Below, piece after piece: positions 1 through 13,720 of a DNA stretch of 64,000 bases. The stretch's first letter is position 1. Every line of letters starts with the position of its first letter. The stretch comes from Diadema antillarum. Its lineage: Eukaryota. The translations under genes were made by a program, and so were the position numbers. The stretch covers positions 1,054,001-1,118,000 of the forward strand of contig NW_027270925.1 of assembly GCF_040938485.1 (NCBI RefSeq). The letters run 5' to 3'. The notes beneath the pieces are model-generated. The model saw only the letters and a program-made list of their open reading frames with translations. It ran no database searches and was not told the DNA's origin.

Positions 1-56
1 ATGTTTTATGTAACATTTGGAAGTTGCTTCATCAGGAAGAAAGGTGGTATCGGTTC

Positions 57-59
<3 letters not shown>

Positions 60-110
<51 letters not shown>
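60..110. repeat. (GT)n microsatellite; others at about 7073-7106, 13019-13066, 14577-14620, 55350-55405 and 57598-57630
   Basis: Direct reading. Confidence 0.95.
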
Positions 111-112
<2 letters not shown>

Positions 113-1635
113 GTGGGTGTATGTGTGTGTGGGTGTGCTTTTGGTTTGGTGAATCGGGGGTTGGTGGTATGGGATTTGATTTGAAGAAACACTTGAGAAA
201 GATAGCTATAAATTGTATGAAAGATATTGGTGGAATTTGATATTTAGGATAGATGAAGATTTGTTTTGGTTGGGAGGGGAGGGGTTGGTTGTTTTTTTTT
301 TTCATTTAAAAAATGATTGCATTCTAGATTTGGATAACGTATTTTTTGGTTTTTTATGTATATGCTCTTGTAAGTGAGAATGAGTTACATGATTCATATT
401 CACGGGATATATGTTTGGCATAAGTCAACACTTTCTCGTGAAGGAATTATCAGTGGGACTGATTCATAATCGAGTTATTTATGTTGAATAGAGATTATTT
501 GCAGTATAAATTGATATTGGATTTGTTTGTGTTTTGAATTGTATTTGTATTGTTTTTGTACATGTTACACCCTGAATGGGTTGATTCATGACTGATATGA
601 ATGAAATCAGTAAATATCAAGGAAAAACAAAAAGTGTATGTGTGTGATAGGTTTATACTGAGAAATTACAAGGGTGTAATATGCTTGTCTATCGCATGAA
701 CATTAATGGCCTTGAAAAAGTGACGTATTGCAATTTTCTGCTGTTTTTTTTTTCTAGGCAGGTTGTCATTGATTTTGGCCGTCATCAGCCATGATATGAT
801 TCTTCTCGCACGTCGTTATCGACAACCACGTCGTGTAATAGGATTACGGGCTGGAGGTGGACTACTAGCGCCGGCGAAAAAATGAAGAGATAGATTAGTT
901 TAGATATACTAAGTGAAAGTTTATTCAACAAAACTTGTTGACTGAGGACGACAACGCTATATGTCATGCAAACTCGAATCCAAGCTTAGTTATATATAGA
1001 AATGTAACAAGTAAACAGGTAAACTTTGAAAGTGTGTCTTTCAAATTAAATTAAGAATAGTTTGAGAATCCAAGAACCTGTATGGATATCGGGCTTTGAT
1101 CATGGAACATCCATCCATGGCATGGGAGCAATCACCCAGTGGCAATGTACAACTTGAATTAATTTTCACTGGGGGCTTCGCAGTGCTTAATAATCGCTGT
1201 TGAAATTTGGTTGGAACATAATTGCGTTAGCACAATTTGACTGGAAAGAAAGGAATGCATGAAATCCGTTCAATCTTCTTTGAGAAAATATTTAATTCGT
1301 ATTGATTGCACAATCTGCTCTACCAGTGGTTATTTATAGTTAAGATTTAATTATATTATAGCACAGTTCCAAAAAACAAAAGCGATAGCTTCACTTGTTA
1401 ATTAAGATTATGTCATAGGAGCTCGGTGGAAAAGATTGCAAGCAGCAGTTTTGACACCTGTACCTTTTCTTGATTGGTTTCAGGCATTACCCCCCCCCCC
1501 CCCCATTCTTTCACGATTCTCTTCGAAAAAGACATATTGCATATACTTCCTTCAACAGGAGCTGAACATCTGCCATGCCCTGTAGCCATCGCTTCAGATG
1601 GCCAAGGGATGCTGTGGAAGAGATATCAGAAACAG

Positions 1636-1650
1636 AGATAGATAGATATG

Positions 1651-1688
<38 letters not shown>

Positions 1689-1700
1689 CAGAGACAGAGG
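1636..1700. repeat. (GATA)n/(GA)n compound microsatellite; another (GA)n at about 19233-19259
   Basis: Direct reading. Confidence 0.9.
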
Positions 1701-2350
1701 AGGGGAGGAAAGTGGCAGAAGAAGAGAGAAAAGAGGAGAGACAAAAGCTGCTCCTGCGGACGAGAATTCAACACCCTCGGCGAGAGCGGGAAAGAAACTC
1801 ATCAACGTCACCAAGGCGTTTCGATTTCTGCCGCTCTTTGTTCGATCTCGGGGACGCCATGAATTCCTTATCATGACTGTTGTAGCCGACTGCTAGGAAA
1901 CCGAACACCAACACAAATGCCAAACAGACCAGACAGATATCTCTTATTCCCATTTTTCCTTGTAGAATGACCAAGTCACTGTCCATCTGGAGTGTGTACG
2001 TGGTTATTTGATTTGCTCGTGCACTGGGTTTGTGAGGGTTTGTACCCCCCTTCAAAGCTCCCAAACACTGTAATAGATATCCAGCGCTATCGAGCTATAG
2101 CACCAAAGTACGTTCCATGACGCACTAACCATCGTAGAGTCAAAATCCGTAAACAAGCCACAGGTGAAACATGTCAGTGACCGATTAAACAAATAAGCCA
2201 CAGATTTTGTTAAAATGAAAGTCAACTGAGACTCTGTATATCAATACAAGGAGAGCGATATCAGTAACAGTGTAATTTCAATTTAAAAGACAGAAGAATA
2301 TTGTAAGTGTAGTTGTGATGGCGCCGATGGAGAAAGAATTGTGGCTCTTA

Positions 2351-4012
2351 AGCCCCCGTTCCACTATGCCGTTCTCGCTACGATTTGACAATTTTCTCAG
2401 GTCGGGAAGGATCGGGTAAAACCTGAGCCGATCTGGACACAGTACGATGTTAGAACGCTCTAAGTACGCTGCAGTTACGACTACCAAGTGCTTGCTACGC
2501 TCTTACTACGATGATCGGGAATTAGACATTGCGATCTCTGCCGCTGCCGGTACGCTTTAGAACGATGTAGCTACGCTGTAAGTGCGATGTTGCCGATGTT
2601 ATCCGATCAATGCACGCTGTATCTACGCTCTGAACGATCTATACGATCTTATCACGCTGTTACCCCGTTCAGAGAGTTGAAAAGTGCCCGATGTGCCCCG
2701 ATGTACCCCGATTCGACTGTGGGTCAGCAGTCAGTCAACTTATTAGCATGCAGAACCGAAGAAATATACTGTGGACCTCGAAGATTCATTCTTCTTTTTT
2801 TACTTTTGATTTTCAAAGTTGTTGCTTCGTTATTCTCACTACTCTTTCTTCATCAGCGCTTCTGTGCCTCCAGTGCCCTGGTTATGACCCACCATTTCCC
2901 TCTCCTCTCCCCTCCTCCCCCCCCCCCCCTCCCTTGTCCACCTCGGACTTACCAACTTCTTCACTACTATATCTTTCTATCCTCTCATCAATTTTTTCCT
3001 TACAAGAGAGCCGCCATGTGTTTGTTAATGTGCGTCCGTATGTGTGCATGTATGTGTGTATTACTCTGTCTGTCTTTTTTTTTTGCTACCGCTTAGGGAA
3101 ATTTGTTGTTGTTGTTTTTTGCAATTATATATTTTTCTCTATGAGGGGACTGCATTCTAATACTACAAGCTCTGCTTTTTAGCAGTCCCCTCCATTTCCA
3201 GCAATATTTTGTATGCATTTACCACAGTGACGTAACTGTTATTTGTATCTCTGTTGATAATTTGCCTGTATCTCTTTTACAATGTTATTCTGTTCATCGC
3301 ATTGTGGTACTGATTTCATGACGTCTGTGTATATGAGCGTTTCTTTGTATTTTTTATTATTTGTTGGAAGTGAAATAAATCAACTTGAACTTGAACTTGA
3401 AGAGCCTCCTCAACTCACGATTCTTTTGCAACAATGCATTGTATAAACAAAGACGTGCTGATTTTTCAAAGGATTTTTCTTGATGTCCTTGCTTTTATAG
3501 TTCGTCTTCCTCCAGTTGTAGATGATTTCATATTCTTCAAAATTCTGCTATCTCCTCTTCCTCCTCTTTCAGCATCACGTGCAGTCTCTCTTTCTAGCTT
3601 CGCCTTTTGGGTAGCTGCTTCGCTGCTTTCTTCTCTTCTTTTTCTTCATCTCTTCTTCTTCTTCGAAAATTACAGCTAAAATTACTTCCCGTTCTTGTGC
3701 CGATGTTACTACGCTCAGAAAGACCTTGTTACGCTCTTCCCGCTGCGTTTACGCCGTCATTACGCTCTCCCCGCTGCGTTTACGCTGTCACTACGCTCTC
3801 CCCGCTTGCCGTACGATTAAAAATATGTCAATTTTGATCGGGGAGATCGGGAAGAAATTTTGAACCGGTTCAAAATTTTTTCCCGATCTGAAAAACTGCC
3901 CGCTCCAACCCCGACCCCCTCACGCTCCTGCTACGATGCTTCCGATCCCCGTACGCTTTTGCCGCTCTCTGGGACAGATCGGGGTCCAAATCGTGATAGT
4001 GGAACGGGGGCT
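2351..4012. mobile_element. PIF/Harbinger-type non-autonomous element
   Basis: 17-bp TIR AGCCCCCGTTCCACTAT / ATAGTGGAACGGGGGCT, TTA target duplication (2348-2350 and 4013-4015), many subterminal TACGAT/TACGCT motifs. Confidence 0.85.
2960..3401 (+). mobile_element. 3' end of an L2/CR1-type LINE (copy 1)
   Basis: Perfect 11-bp stem GAGGGGACTGC...GCAGTCCCCTC (3143-3192), AATAAA and (ACTTGA)n tail; closely similar copy at about 36900-37405. Confidence 0.75.
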
Positions 4013-4349
4013 TTACACAAATAGAGCGATGGAAAACAGGAATGTGCGCAATATCGAGAAAAAACCCCCCCAAAATGCTCTTGATAAACCTCCACATTTC
4101 TTAGGTGATTATGTACCACCTAATAAAATGCATCATTAGAAAAAAAAAAGGTTATACGTCATTGCCTCCAGCAAGATGCAATTACTCGGCATTTTCGTTT
4201 TTTCTTGTTTACTCGCTTTTTTCCTTCGTGTTGTTTTACACGACATTGATTCAGGATTAATGATAACCAATCATTATTTAGTGACGCAAAAATCTTTGGA
4301 CGTATATCAAATGAAGAGACTGCATGGTTAAAAGGTATTGATTCAGGGA

Positions 4350-5660
4350 ATACTGAATCTAAGTAGGGGGAAAACGGAAGCAAGGGAGGTGGACAACAAC
4401 TTTGTTCCAAGACGGTAAATAACAAACAAAAAACAAGCTCAGCTTTGCATCCCTTCAAGCAGCTGATTGAGATGGTTAGCGTGTTCTCATTCTACGGATC
4501 GCAGCAGCGCATGTGAGCGCCACTTCACGTGAACGAGGCAGGCGCGGCATAATCACTGTAGGTTATGAAACGCCTGTTCGGCACGTTCATTTCATTGAGT
4601 TATATCATTGAGGATCTATTATATCGGTCAGCGCGTATGGCTTGGTTGGTGATAAACCTCGAAGAGGGCTCATGTTGTAAAACACGACTAATTTCATAAC
4701 CAAGAAAGACAAGAACTAATTTCCTGCCCCACGTAATACCGGTATAATGCAAGATGATATAATTTCCAGTAAAAGAGGTTGACAATCGTGGGTTTTGAAA
4801 GATAAGTCAAATTGACTCATAGTTCCTAAGAAATTCTCCTAAGAAAATGGCTTCCAGCCTTTCAAGTAAGTTTTATTGATTACAGGTAGATGTAGATTTT
4901 CATCACAACGTATTCTTCAGGTCCAAGTCAGCGGGCTGTATGAATGTTATTGTTAAGTGAATAGTTAGCACAGTTCATGCGTATACCAGTCAATTTCAGC
5001 AAGGCGTTGAGTCTGTATGAAGATCCTGTTCACATCTTGCGAAAGTGGACTAGACCAGAATTTTTGCATCGCATCATAGAATACCCCTGTATTATCCGAA
5101 CTCACTCAAGTTTTGAGTGGATCGATCTATAGGTTATAACGTTTCTGTATGTGCTAACTCTTACTTTCACTATTTTCGTGAAATTGCATTCAAAGCCAAA
5201 ACATAGTTCTCAGAAGGGTTCAAAATTCGTTTTCCACCAGTTGGAATTCGGTTGCAATACATTGAAAAGGTCTACCGAGAACCTTAACTGGTTGGCGCGA
5301 TTTGCCAGGATGATGAGTTGTTTTGGAGTATTTTGACATCAAAAGTGAGTGTAAAACAATTTTAATAGCAGAGCCCCCCCCCCCCCACCCCGTTTAGAAT
5401 TGTGGACGGAAGATCGACCGTACCCTTGCAGTCGTATTTTCCAACAAGTTGCATGCGATCAATGAGCCTAAACGGGAGCGCGGAAGAATCGTCGATTATC
5501 GATATAAATCGAATATGGAAAAATTACTTGGCAATCAATCACAATCGGGGAACCTTTTCGGATAACATTTCGCATTTTCGTCGTTACCCAACTAATATCG
5601 TCTTATTACAGCGTTATATCTCACATTTCTTTTGCATACGTGTACATCTTGGGGCAATAA
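4350..5660 (-). pseudogene. Candidate decayed Toll-like receptor (LRR - LRRCT - TM - TIR order)
   Basis: Broken minus-strand frames: LGSLIACNLLEN (LRR-like), QFDLSFKTHDCQPLLLEIISSCIIPVL...FLSFLVMKLVVF (LRRCT end plus TM), RFITYSD, IMPRL and NQLLEGMQS*ACFLFVI (TIR-like). Pattern recognition only. Confidence 0.35.
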
Positions 5661-5663
5661 TCG

Positions 5664-5952
5664 ACAGTTATACAGGCATATGAGAACTATGTTTTGGCCT
5701 CATAAGAACATCTATTGGCCTTTTTTACGCTTTGAAATAATCCGTTTTGATTTATAAACAGTGTCTCTGACAGTTGTCTGAACAGAGTTGGACGTGAGTA
5801 CCTTTAACTTAATCTACAGTTATACAGGCATATGAGAACTATGTTTTGGCATTAAGAACATCCTTTTTTACGGGTTGAAATAATCCATTTTGATTTATAA
5901 ACAGTCTCTCTGACAGTTGTCTGAACAGAGTTGGACGTGAGTACCTTTAACT
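5664..5952 (+). repeat. Diverged tandem duplication of about 150 bp
   Basis: acagttatacaggcatatgagaac...ggacgtgagtacctttaactt occurs twice with small indels. Confidence 0.9.
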
Positions 5953-6199
5953 TCTCCAAGGTGGCTTTAACTCAATATCATGATAAGCACATAGAGAGTT
6001 TGTTTCAATTCATATTTTTTTCCTTATTCGCTGATGAAACCCAAAAGTGGGCACCAGAAATATAAACTGCACCCCCCCCCCCCCACTTTTGAAAACGTTT
6101 TCCCGGCCGTGCATGGATGCATGGGTGCTTTGACGGATCTTGAGATGCCCTTATCTTCAAGAGTAATTCACAAAATGTACAAGCTTTGCTTCTCTTGTG

Positions 6200-6449
6200 A
6201 ATTCCTCCTTTCCATATACAGATAATTCCTCCATTCCATGTACAGTTAAAAAATAAACTTACATTTGATTACTTGCTTATTCATCGAAATACAAAATCGA
6301 TATTACTATAATTGTATTCAATGTTTTGGTGGAGGTTGTGTGAGTCGAAATTCCTTAAAACATTCTGTAATCATGTAAGGGTTATGTATATTACTTTGTA
6401 TTGCTTTACATGGAAATAAAGCTTTTTGAATTTGAATTTGAATTTGAAT
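6200..6449 (+). mobile_element. LINE 3' tail fragment
   Basis: AATAAA followed by a (TTTGAA)n tail at about 6414-6449; the 5' boundary is uncertain. Confidence 0.5.
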
Positions 6450-7070
6450 GAGGCAGGAAGGGATCAAAGAAGCCCCTGTAATCTGATATGAGATTCCCCA
6501 TTGAAGTGTTGTTCTTTTTTAGTATTGTAAAAGGCATACGGTGCATTCTGATGAATGAAGCGACTTATTGATTTTTCATTCATTAAAACACGGCAGACTT
6601 TTAGAGATCAGTCGACTGAAAAAAAAATGCCTGATCTCACTCTCTCTGTTTCATTCTTCAATCTGAATAATTCATGGATGAAAATTGAAAACCGAGCCTC
6701 ATGAATAATCGTGCGATTAGAATTGGCGCTGTACTTGAATGATTCAGAGGTAACCAGGTAATCTTATTAATGTATTTTGAAAGAAATCCAGAGTCCAGTT
6801 AAGCCACTAAAATATTTATCTGTTTCTGGTTTGCGTTGGACAGGAAAGAACATGCACGCACCACTGTGTCCTTCCCCTATCCTAAACCCTGCTTGAATAA
6901 GGTGATATAAGAAAATAATCATTCGGCGGATTCAATTTGCTGTTTGCAGTCTAAATGCCCCCACCATCTGAAGTACAATATAATTTTCTCTCTGTTTCAT
7001 TTTTCTCAGTTGTATGTTGGTGGATGCGCGCGTGCTTGTCCATACTACTTGCGTGGATGATGATGATGAT

Positions 7071-7109
<39 letters not shown>

Positions 7110-10100
7110 ATGTTATTTTCTGGGGACCAAAATATTCTCACAAGCATCCTACTTTTTTGTAATAGAGAAACACATGTTCTTAATTCTCAAATATAAAATA
7201 TACTTTCTTAAAACGTAAAAATCATTGTAATAGCCAAAAGTGGTTAGAAAAACCTTATTGCAATAATCTCAATACAAACACACTATGAGAATGTTCTTCA
7301 CTCCACGTGACACTCATTAAATTCTCTCTTTCTGGAAATTTAAAACGGAAAAGAAGTCATAGTTGCCATGGTTTTATTCCAATTAATTACCCCGTTTAAT
7401 TTTTAAGTCTAACATCTCTACTGCACCAATATGCTCATAAAAGGATTCATTTGACGTAATTTAAGTATACTACAACTTTATTCTGCATGAACTTATTTAT
7501 CTAACATGTTTAATAACCGATATTTCATCTATGAATAAGGCAACATACTTCTTAAACAGTTGGAAGGTCAAATAAAACAATGTCGAATGAAAAAGGGGCT
7601 ATAGAATGAAACAGTAAATGAGATGGATCTGCAGTATTTGGGAGTCGTTGAACACTTTGAATAACATGATAAGACAAATCCTACAACTTAAATCAGACAT
7701 CCGATATATTTTACGTTTCATTTCATTCTTCTTCTTTTTTTAAAGAATGGTACTATTTATATAGAAGATATGACGATGTTCATCTAAATTCTGAATGGCA
7801 GCCAGTCCTTTGTGATAATGCTCTTCTCGGCGCCATTCCTATAAAGATCATTATAAGATTCGAAAGATTTACCGAGTGACGGAAGAAGTATGACGTCCTG
7901 GATACTACTCTAATCCAATCGTTCGAGATCGCCATATCCGTTGTAGCAGCTGTACAACACGGACGGTAAGGAAAAAAGAACAAACTGACCGAATCCAGAT
8001 TTAAGGGAAAAAAAGGTTTGTGTTTACAACAATTTAATGACGAAGGCAACGTCACGGATTTACAGGAATAAAACACGCGATGGCGTGATGGTAACCATGT
8101 TTCTTAAGGTTAATGCACTCAAACAAGAATAGAACCTGTAATCCTCATGTACATGTATTTTAAGAAAAAAAAATACTAAGACATGTACTTTGGAAGCTGT
8201 TTCTCTATGACTTTCATCACACGACAAAAAGAAGATTGGTAGGGTGAATAGAACACATTTCTAAAGATTGATACACGATACGGGAAAACTGTGTGTTTAC
8301 AACAATGCGATGATAAAATAGGATGTCGCTGTTTTCGGCAGCACGGAACAAACCTGTATTTACGTTATGCATCTATAATATTTATCATGTTTTGAATGAA
8401 TGTATTTGAAAAAAAAATAGACGTGAGTTAATTTATTTACTTGCTGATTTATTTGTTTATTTATTCATTTACTTACTTACCTATTCATAAATTCATTTAT
8501 TCTTTTTTTTACTGCATCTTTTAATAGGGACATTTCGTTCAGTTCTGCTGATATCCAGCATTTTTCAACCTGCTTTTCACGGAAGCCCTGCATGCAATGT
8601 GCAGAGGGACATTTAGAATAAGAAGAAGCACCAGAAAAAAAACAAAATACATATTATAAAGTATGTACTCTTTACTCTTTACAATTACATTCGCCAAGGA
8701 TGTCAACTTTCGTTTTGTGTGCCAACGTGAATGTAAACAACGCAATGCAGTACCAGAAAAGCAAAGAGTTTCATAGAGGTGCATGCAGCGATCAATAAAT
8801 TTCTTTTTAAATAAATTGGGAAGATGCATTTAAAGCCTACTTATCAATTATGTTCCTTTGTATGTCGGTAAGTCATTAAAATGACATGGAAAAAGTGGTT
8901 ACAGTCATGATAGAGTAACCGCTGGCGTAACACCAGTCAGTTCTAAATATTTGAAATGCTACTAATATGTCTGTCTTACTTTCACAAGGATTTGCTTCGT
9001 TGCTAAGACTGAGCGTTGTGTGAAGTATAATTTCCATTATCAGATACTCTCTTACGTGGAAATCACTAAATTTTTCATTTCGATTCAAGAAAGTCATATC
9101 TAAGTTCAAAGTTCCTTACAATTTTGTGTGTGTGCCACTGTCATCATCCATTATGAATTGCATGTTTTACAGTATCTGACAGTGTAGTTATATAACTCTC
9201 TTACACGTGTAATGGTCCTTCATGATATCAATCGAGCTTCTTATTGGCTTTTACACAGCAACCTCACGATGTCGTGGCGAAACGACTGTCATAGGCGCGT
9301 TGAAAAGTTCGTCCTTTGTATACGAGGACATTTCTTTTCACTATATCTTGTGAACTCGGGAGAATAAGGGAGATGACTACTGACGCAAAACGAAAAGGTT
9401 AGCGGAAAATGAGGATGCCACGACATCGAATTATCCACATCTCTGATGCACCGCTGTTTGGAATAAGGAAATTCACTGACAAATCTTATCCCTGAAAATT
9501 GGCATAATTTTCTAATCATAAGGTACCAATATACAATCGCCGTTTCTAACCATTTTCTTCATAAAAAGAACCTTCTTACCCCTTTTTCCCAAACTATTTT
9601 AGAATACAATTTCTTTAACTGAAATGACTACCCTGTGAAAAAGAAAAGGGAATAAATTAAAAAAAACACAGAAAGGACATAGTGTACAACAACTACATGT
9701 TGGACAAAATTCCGTGACAATATTCTTCACACCTCTTCATCTTGAAAGAAGAAGTAAAAGTGTACGGATATACAAAGTCTCCTATGATTTTACAGACTTC
9801 TAGGAATGAACTCACGAAAAGGCATGAGATCTATGGAGAAGGACGATTGAAGGTATGTATTGATAGATAATGGACACACCAACATGATAACTGTCATACA
9901 TACTATAGTTGCAAGTATGAAGATTATACTGCTTGTAGTAGTGGGAAATATAGGGAGACTGAACGATAGCTATCTGAATGAGTGGAAAGGCAGATGATAT
10001 ACAGAGGCCGGGAAATTAAACAGTAGCGACACTTAAAAATCAACAACAAACAGAAGAATCAATAACAAACAAGCAAGCAAAATGATATGCAACGAACAAC

Positions 10101-10947
10101 GTTGACGAAATGTAAGCCGGTTTCTTTTCTTTTTTTTTAAGATGCTTCATTATCATCACATTGAGTAAATTTTTGAGAATACAACTGTACCTTGAATGAA
10201 CCTTGAATGGCAAGAGTTGCCATGAACATCTACATAATCTTTTTCTACCTAAAACAAAGCCCCTTCTATATCTTCATTAGATCTTAACTGTATGAGTCGT
10301 GGCGCAACAAACCGTGTTTAATATCGATCTATTTGGGGAACTTCTGACGCAAGACAATTCCCCTGCAATCGCTGTAATGTCTTTGGCGTCATGTTGATTT
10401 TCCCCACAGCGTAATTACTTAGTATGTTTGTCTTGTACGAATTAGCTTGTAAAACGTATGTGTTCGTGTCTGTGTGTGTCTGTGTGAGGAACACACTGCG
10501 TAAGCTCGTGTGCGCACAAATGTGTAGGAAAGACAGAGGTTACAAACACACGCCTACTCACAGAATCTTAGTTCCTCCTTCAATACTCCTGGGAAGAAGA
10601 ACATTTCTCTAACACACGATTTGATTTTACTTGACCTATTATGACGCAAGAACTCACACCTTTCATTTCCAGCACACTAACTCATATCAACCGCTCGTCT
10701 CTGAGACTCTGTTGATTTCTCTAAGGGTTTAATGCGTCTGTGACACACCTTGTTCAAGGTGTCCTGAGAGACCCTCTATTGCAACACAATGTATCATCCA
10801 ACCAGATCTAATCATATCATGCCTATTTCCTTCAGCCTGCATTGGTAAAGATATTCACGATTACTTTAAATAACCTAAACATGTTTAATGGATCAACTGC
10901 GATTTAGTGTTTTGGAGATATGGTAATGCAGTTGGTAATGCATGGAG

Positions 10948-11160
10948 AGGCACTATGGCACAGTGGATAAGACTTAATAGCTTTAATTTCAAAGAGGGGT
11001 CCCGAGTTCGAATCCCTCTGAGCACGTGTGTCCTTGAACAATATATTTTTTTTATCCATTATGTCTTCCCCAGTCCCAGGTGTAAAGCAGGTGTCTAGCA
11101 CTCCTGGATTGATTATCATCACAGAGCCCTCTTCTATGGAAGAGGGATGAATAAGATTGC
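10948..11160 (+). mobile_element. tRNA-derived SINE, same or related family
   Basis: A box TGGCACAGTGG, B box GAGTTCGAATCCC (11004), CCTTGAACAA and CCCAGGTGTAAAG centre similar to the 34261 copy. Confidence 0.75.
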
Positions 11161-12169
11161 ATTGTTATTTTCATGAGGTACTCAAGATAAAGACTATAAC
11201 TGAGAATATAACTAAACTTCCGGGTAGACATCCCCACGGCACCCAACTCCTTCCTTCCGAACTCCAATTGCGAGGCAAGAATAGAAGTGCGTAGAGTATT
11301 ACAGAGTGTTGTATAGGCCCTACCGGTAGTTTGGAAAAGACTACCAGTTATACACGGGCAGACAGGCAATGTCAAAGGGCGATTTAATTATAGGACATAA
11401 TAATTATGTTTAAGAATAAGCTTCTAATTCTTTGACATACTAGTACTTTAAAGGGCATAGCGCCAGTCAAGGACTGTTGTATTCGTCATGTGACGATGCA
11501 CTACTCATTATATCACAACTATTTTCACGTCACCAATTCCTACCGATTCCACAGAGAGTCAATGTCAATTTTGTGCAACCTTTCCGAGTTAACTCTCTGT
11601 TACTACACATTACTCGACGCAAAGAATGTATGATAGAGCGATAGATTGCTGCCCCGTAACTATAATCAAGCAACTGGCTGTTGGCGGTCTTCTGTCAATT
11701 ATTTTCCAGAGAATAATGACATCATTATTTGAAATGTTATCAGTATTGTTTGTAGGCCATATAAAACTATATGATCACATTGGTTTATTATCTTCTATTG
11801 TCTTGTATTGGATGATATATCATACCATATATTCAGTCAAAATACCCAATGCATGCCATGTATTTCAAGTATCATGTTATGCATCATTTTGTTTGTGCTC
11901 GAAGAATGCAGGAATAAAATAATGAACCAATATCCAATCAAACCAAGCTGACGAATTCTACCTATCCCACATATTGTATTTGATGTTTGTCGGTTAGAAT
12001 AGCCACATTTGAACAATCATCAACAGAATCAGATATTCACCTAGTATGCTAAAATGCCGCACCAGTCTTGCTTTACAGTAATGCATTTTATTCGGAGATG
12101 AAAGCAAAAAAAAAAAAAAAAAGGAAAGAAAAGAAATGAAACCAGAAATCAGAAACCAGAATTAAAAAA

Positions 12170-12803
12170 AAATCCTCAGTCTGGTGGTCTTCTTGAAAAG
12201 AGAATTCCAGAGCAGTTGAAAGTTATAGTCTGAAAAGGACGAGTAAAAATGTTCTTAGCACAACAGTGAAAATTTGATCAAAATCGGATGAAAAATAAGG
12301 AAGTTATAACATTTTTAAAGTTTCACTAGTTTTTCAGGAAACGCGGTTCTTGAGCATGCAGTCAATATGAATATGCAAATAGTGAAATGATGATGTCATC
12401 CCCTCACATTTTTACGTTCAACTTCGAAATTTCCAATTTTTTATTCAAATAAAATTTACGCCCAAGTCTCAAATCCTGACATCCTATCTAACTGATCATT
12501 ATTCTGAAATTATTCGACCTATATAGACTAACACCCTGTTTAGCAGTTCAATAACAGAAACATTGAAATTTCGTCATTTTTTTTATACAAGATCAATGAA
12601 AAATTGCGAGATGATGACATCATCAAGTCACTCATTTGCATATTTAGGGCTATATCAACTGTACGAGAACTGCTCCTTAGAAATTAACGAAACTTCACAA
12701 TTTCATAACTTCCCAGATCTTCATCATATTTTGATAAAATTTTCACTATTGAACTCGTGAGACTTTACTCTTTCTTATCAGATAGCTTATGACTGGCCTT
12801 GAT
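12170..12803. mobile_element. Palindromic MITE, Kolobok-type (family B)
   Basis: Inverted symmetry: aatatgcaaatagtgaaatgatgatgtcatc versus gatgacatcatcaagtcactcatttgcatatt, and gtgaaaatttgatcaaaat versus attttgataaaattttcac. Ends are degenerate. Confidence 0.65.
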
Positions 12804-13011
12804 TTTCACATGGATCATTTTCCTTGTCTGAACTACGTTTGATATCATTCAGTTTATCTATGATATAACAATGAGCACGACTGCTTGTATAGTACAAAAG
12901 GGTTTAGTTCTAAGAATATAATCTTGTCTGTAGTATTCATAGCAATGCTCTTTCAGCGAGCTTATGCACTTTCAGTACATCACCTCTCTTTTCATTTTTC
13001 GTTTTCTACAT

Positions 13012-13068
<57 letters not shown>

Positions 13069-13549
13069 GTGTGTGTTTGTGTGCTACACATACTCAATTT
13101 AGCTCTTTTGTCCGTGCTTAGGAAATAATGACATTAATTCGATTCTACGGGAGAGCAGACGAAGCGAACAAACTGTACGAGGCACGGCCTTGGCATTCAT
13201 GGACAGAATTTGCCGGGGACAAAAAATGACGGTTATAATTGTGTGTAGGCATTTCCGGGCGTGCCCCAACAACAGGAGATATCGTTGTATAATACGTTAC
13301 TAATATTGTCACTCAGAGTCTTGGGAGAGACATCCATGATATTAAATGCCTTGATAAGATACTATAGACAGTGCGTGATTATATGTGAGTTCTAAATGTG
13401 TATCTCTGTGCTTTTTATTTACGCTGTAAGCTGGGTATATTGTGCAGGCACCTCGGAACGGTATTTTTTCATAGCAGGTTTCATGGTTTTTGTGTTTTTT
13501 AACGGGGTTTTTACGTCATAATGCATTTCTTCCCTTTTCAGTCAAGAGT

Positions 13550-13720
13550 GTCAGTGTGAGTGGTATAATCGGAGGACTCCAGTTCGAATCCCGTCCAATG
13601 TTTACGTCCCTCTCGACCCACAAGTACAAATGGGTGCCTGGAAACGCTGGGGTAATGACAATGGGAGGGTCCTCTGTTACACAGCAGAGTCAACACTGAA
13701 GAGGCTACCCTGGATAGAGA
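13550..13720 (+). mobile_element. tRNA-derived SINE, degraded copy
   Basis: B box AGTTCGAATCCC; shares CAACACTGAAGAGGCTACCCTGG with the 34261 copy. Confidence 0.75.

Noticed and set aside
1-305. ORFs with CVCVCV / THTHTH runs (also at about 6932-7218, 12885-13121, 14522-14863 and 55289-55588)
   Set aside because: Translations of (GT)n/(CA)n/(TA)n microsatellites.
6030-6062. CTGATGA...GAAA resembling a hammerhead ribozyme core
   Set aside because: Stem II does not pair properly and no stems I/III were found.
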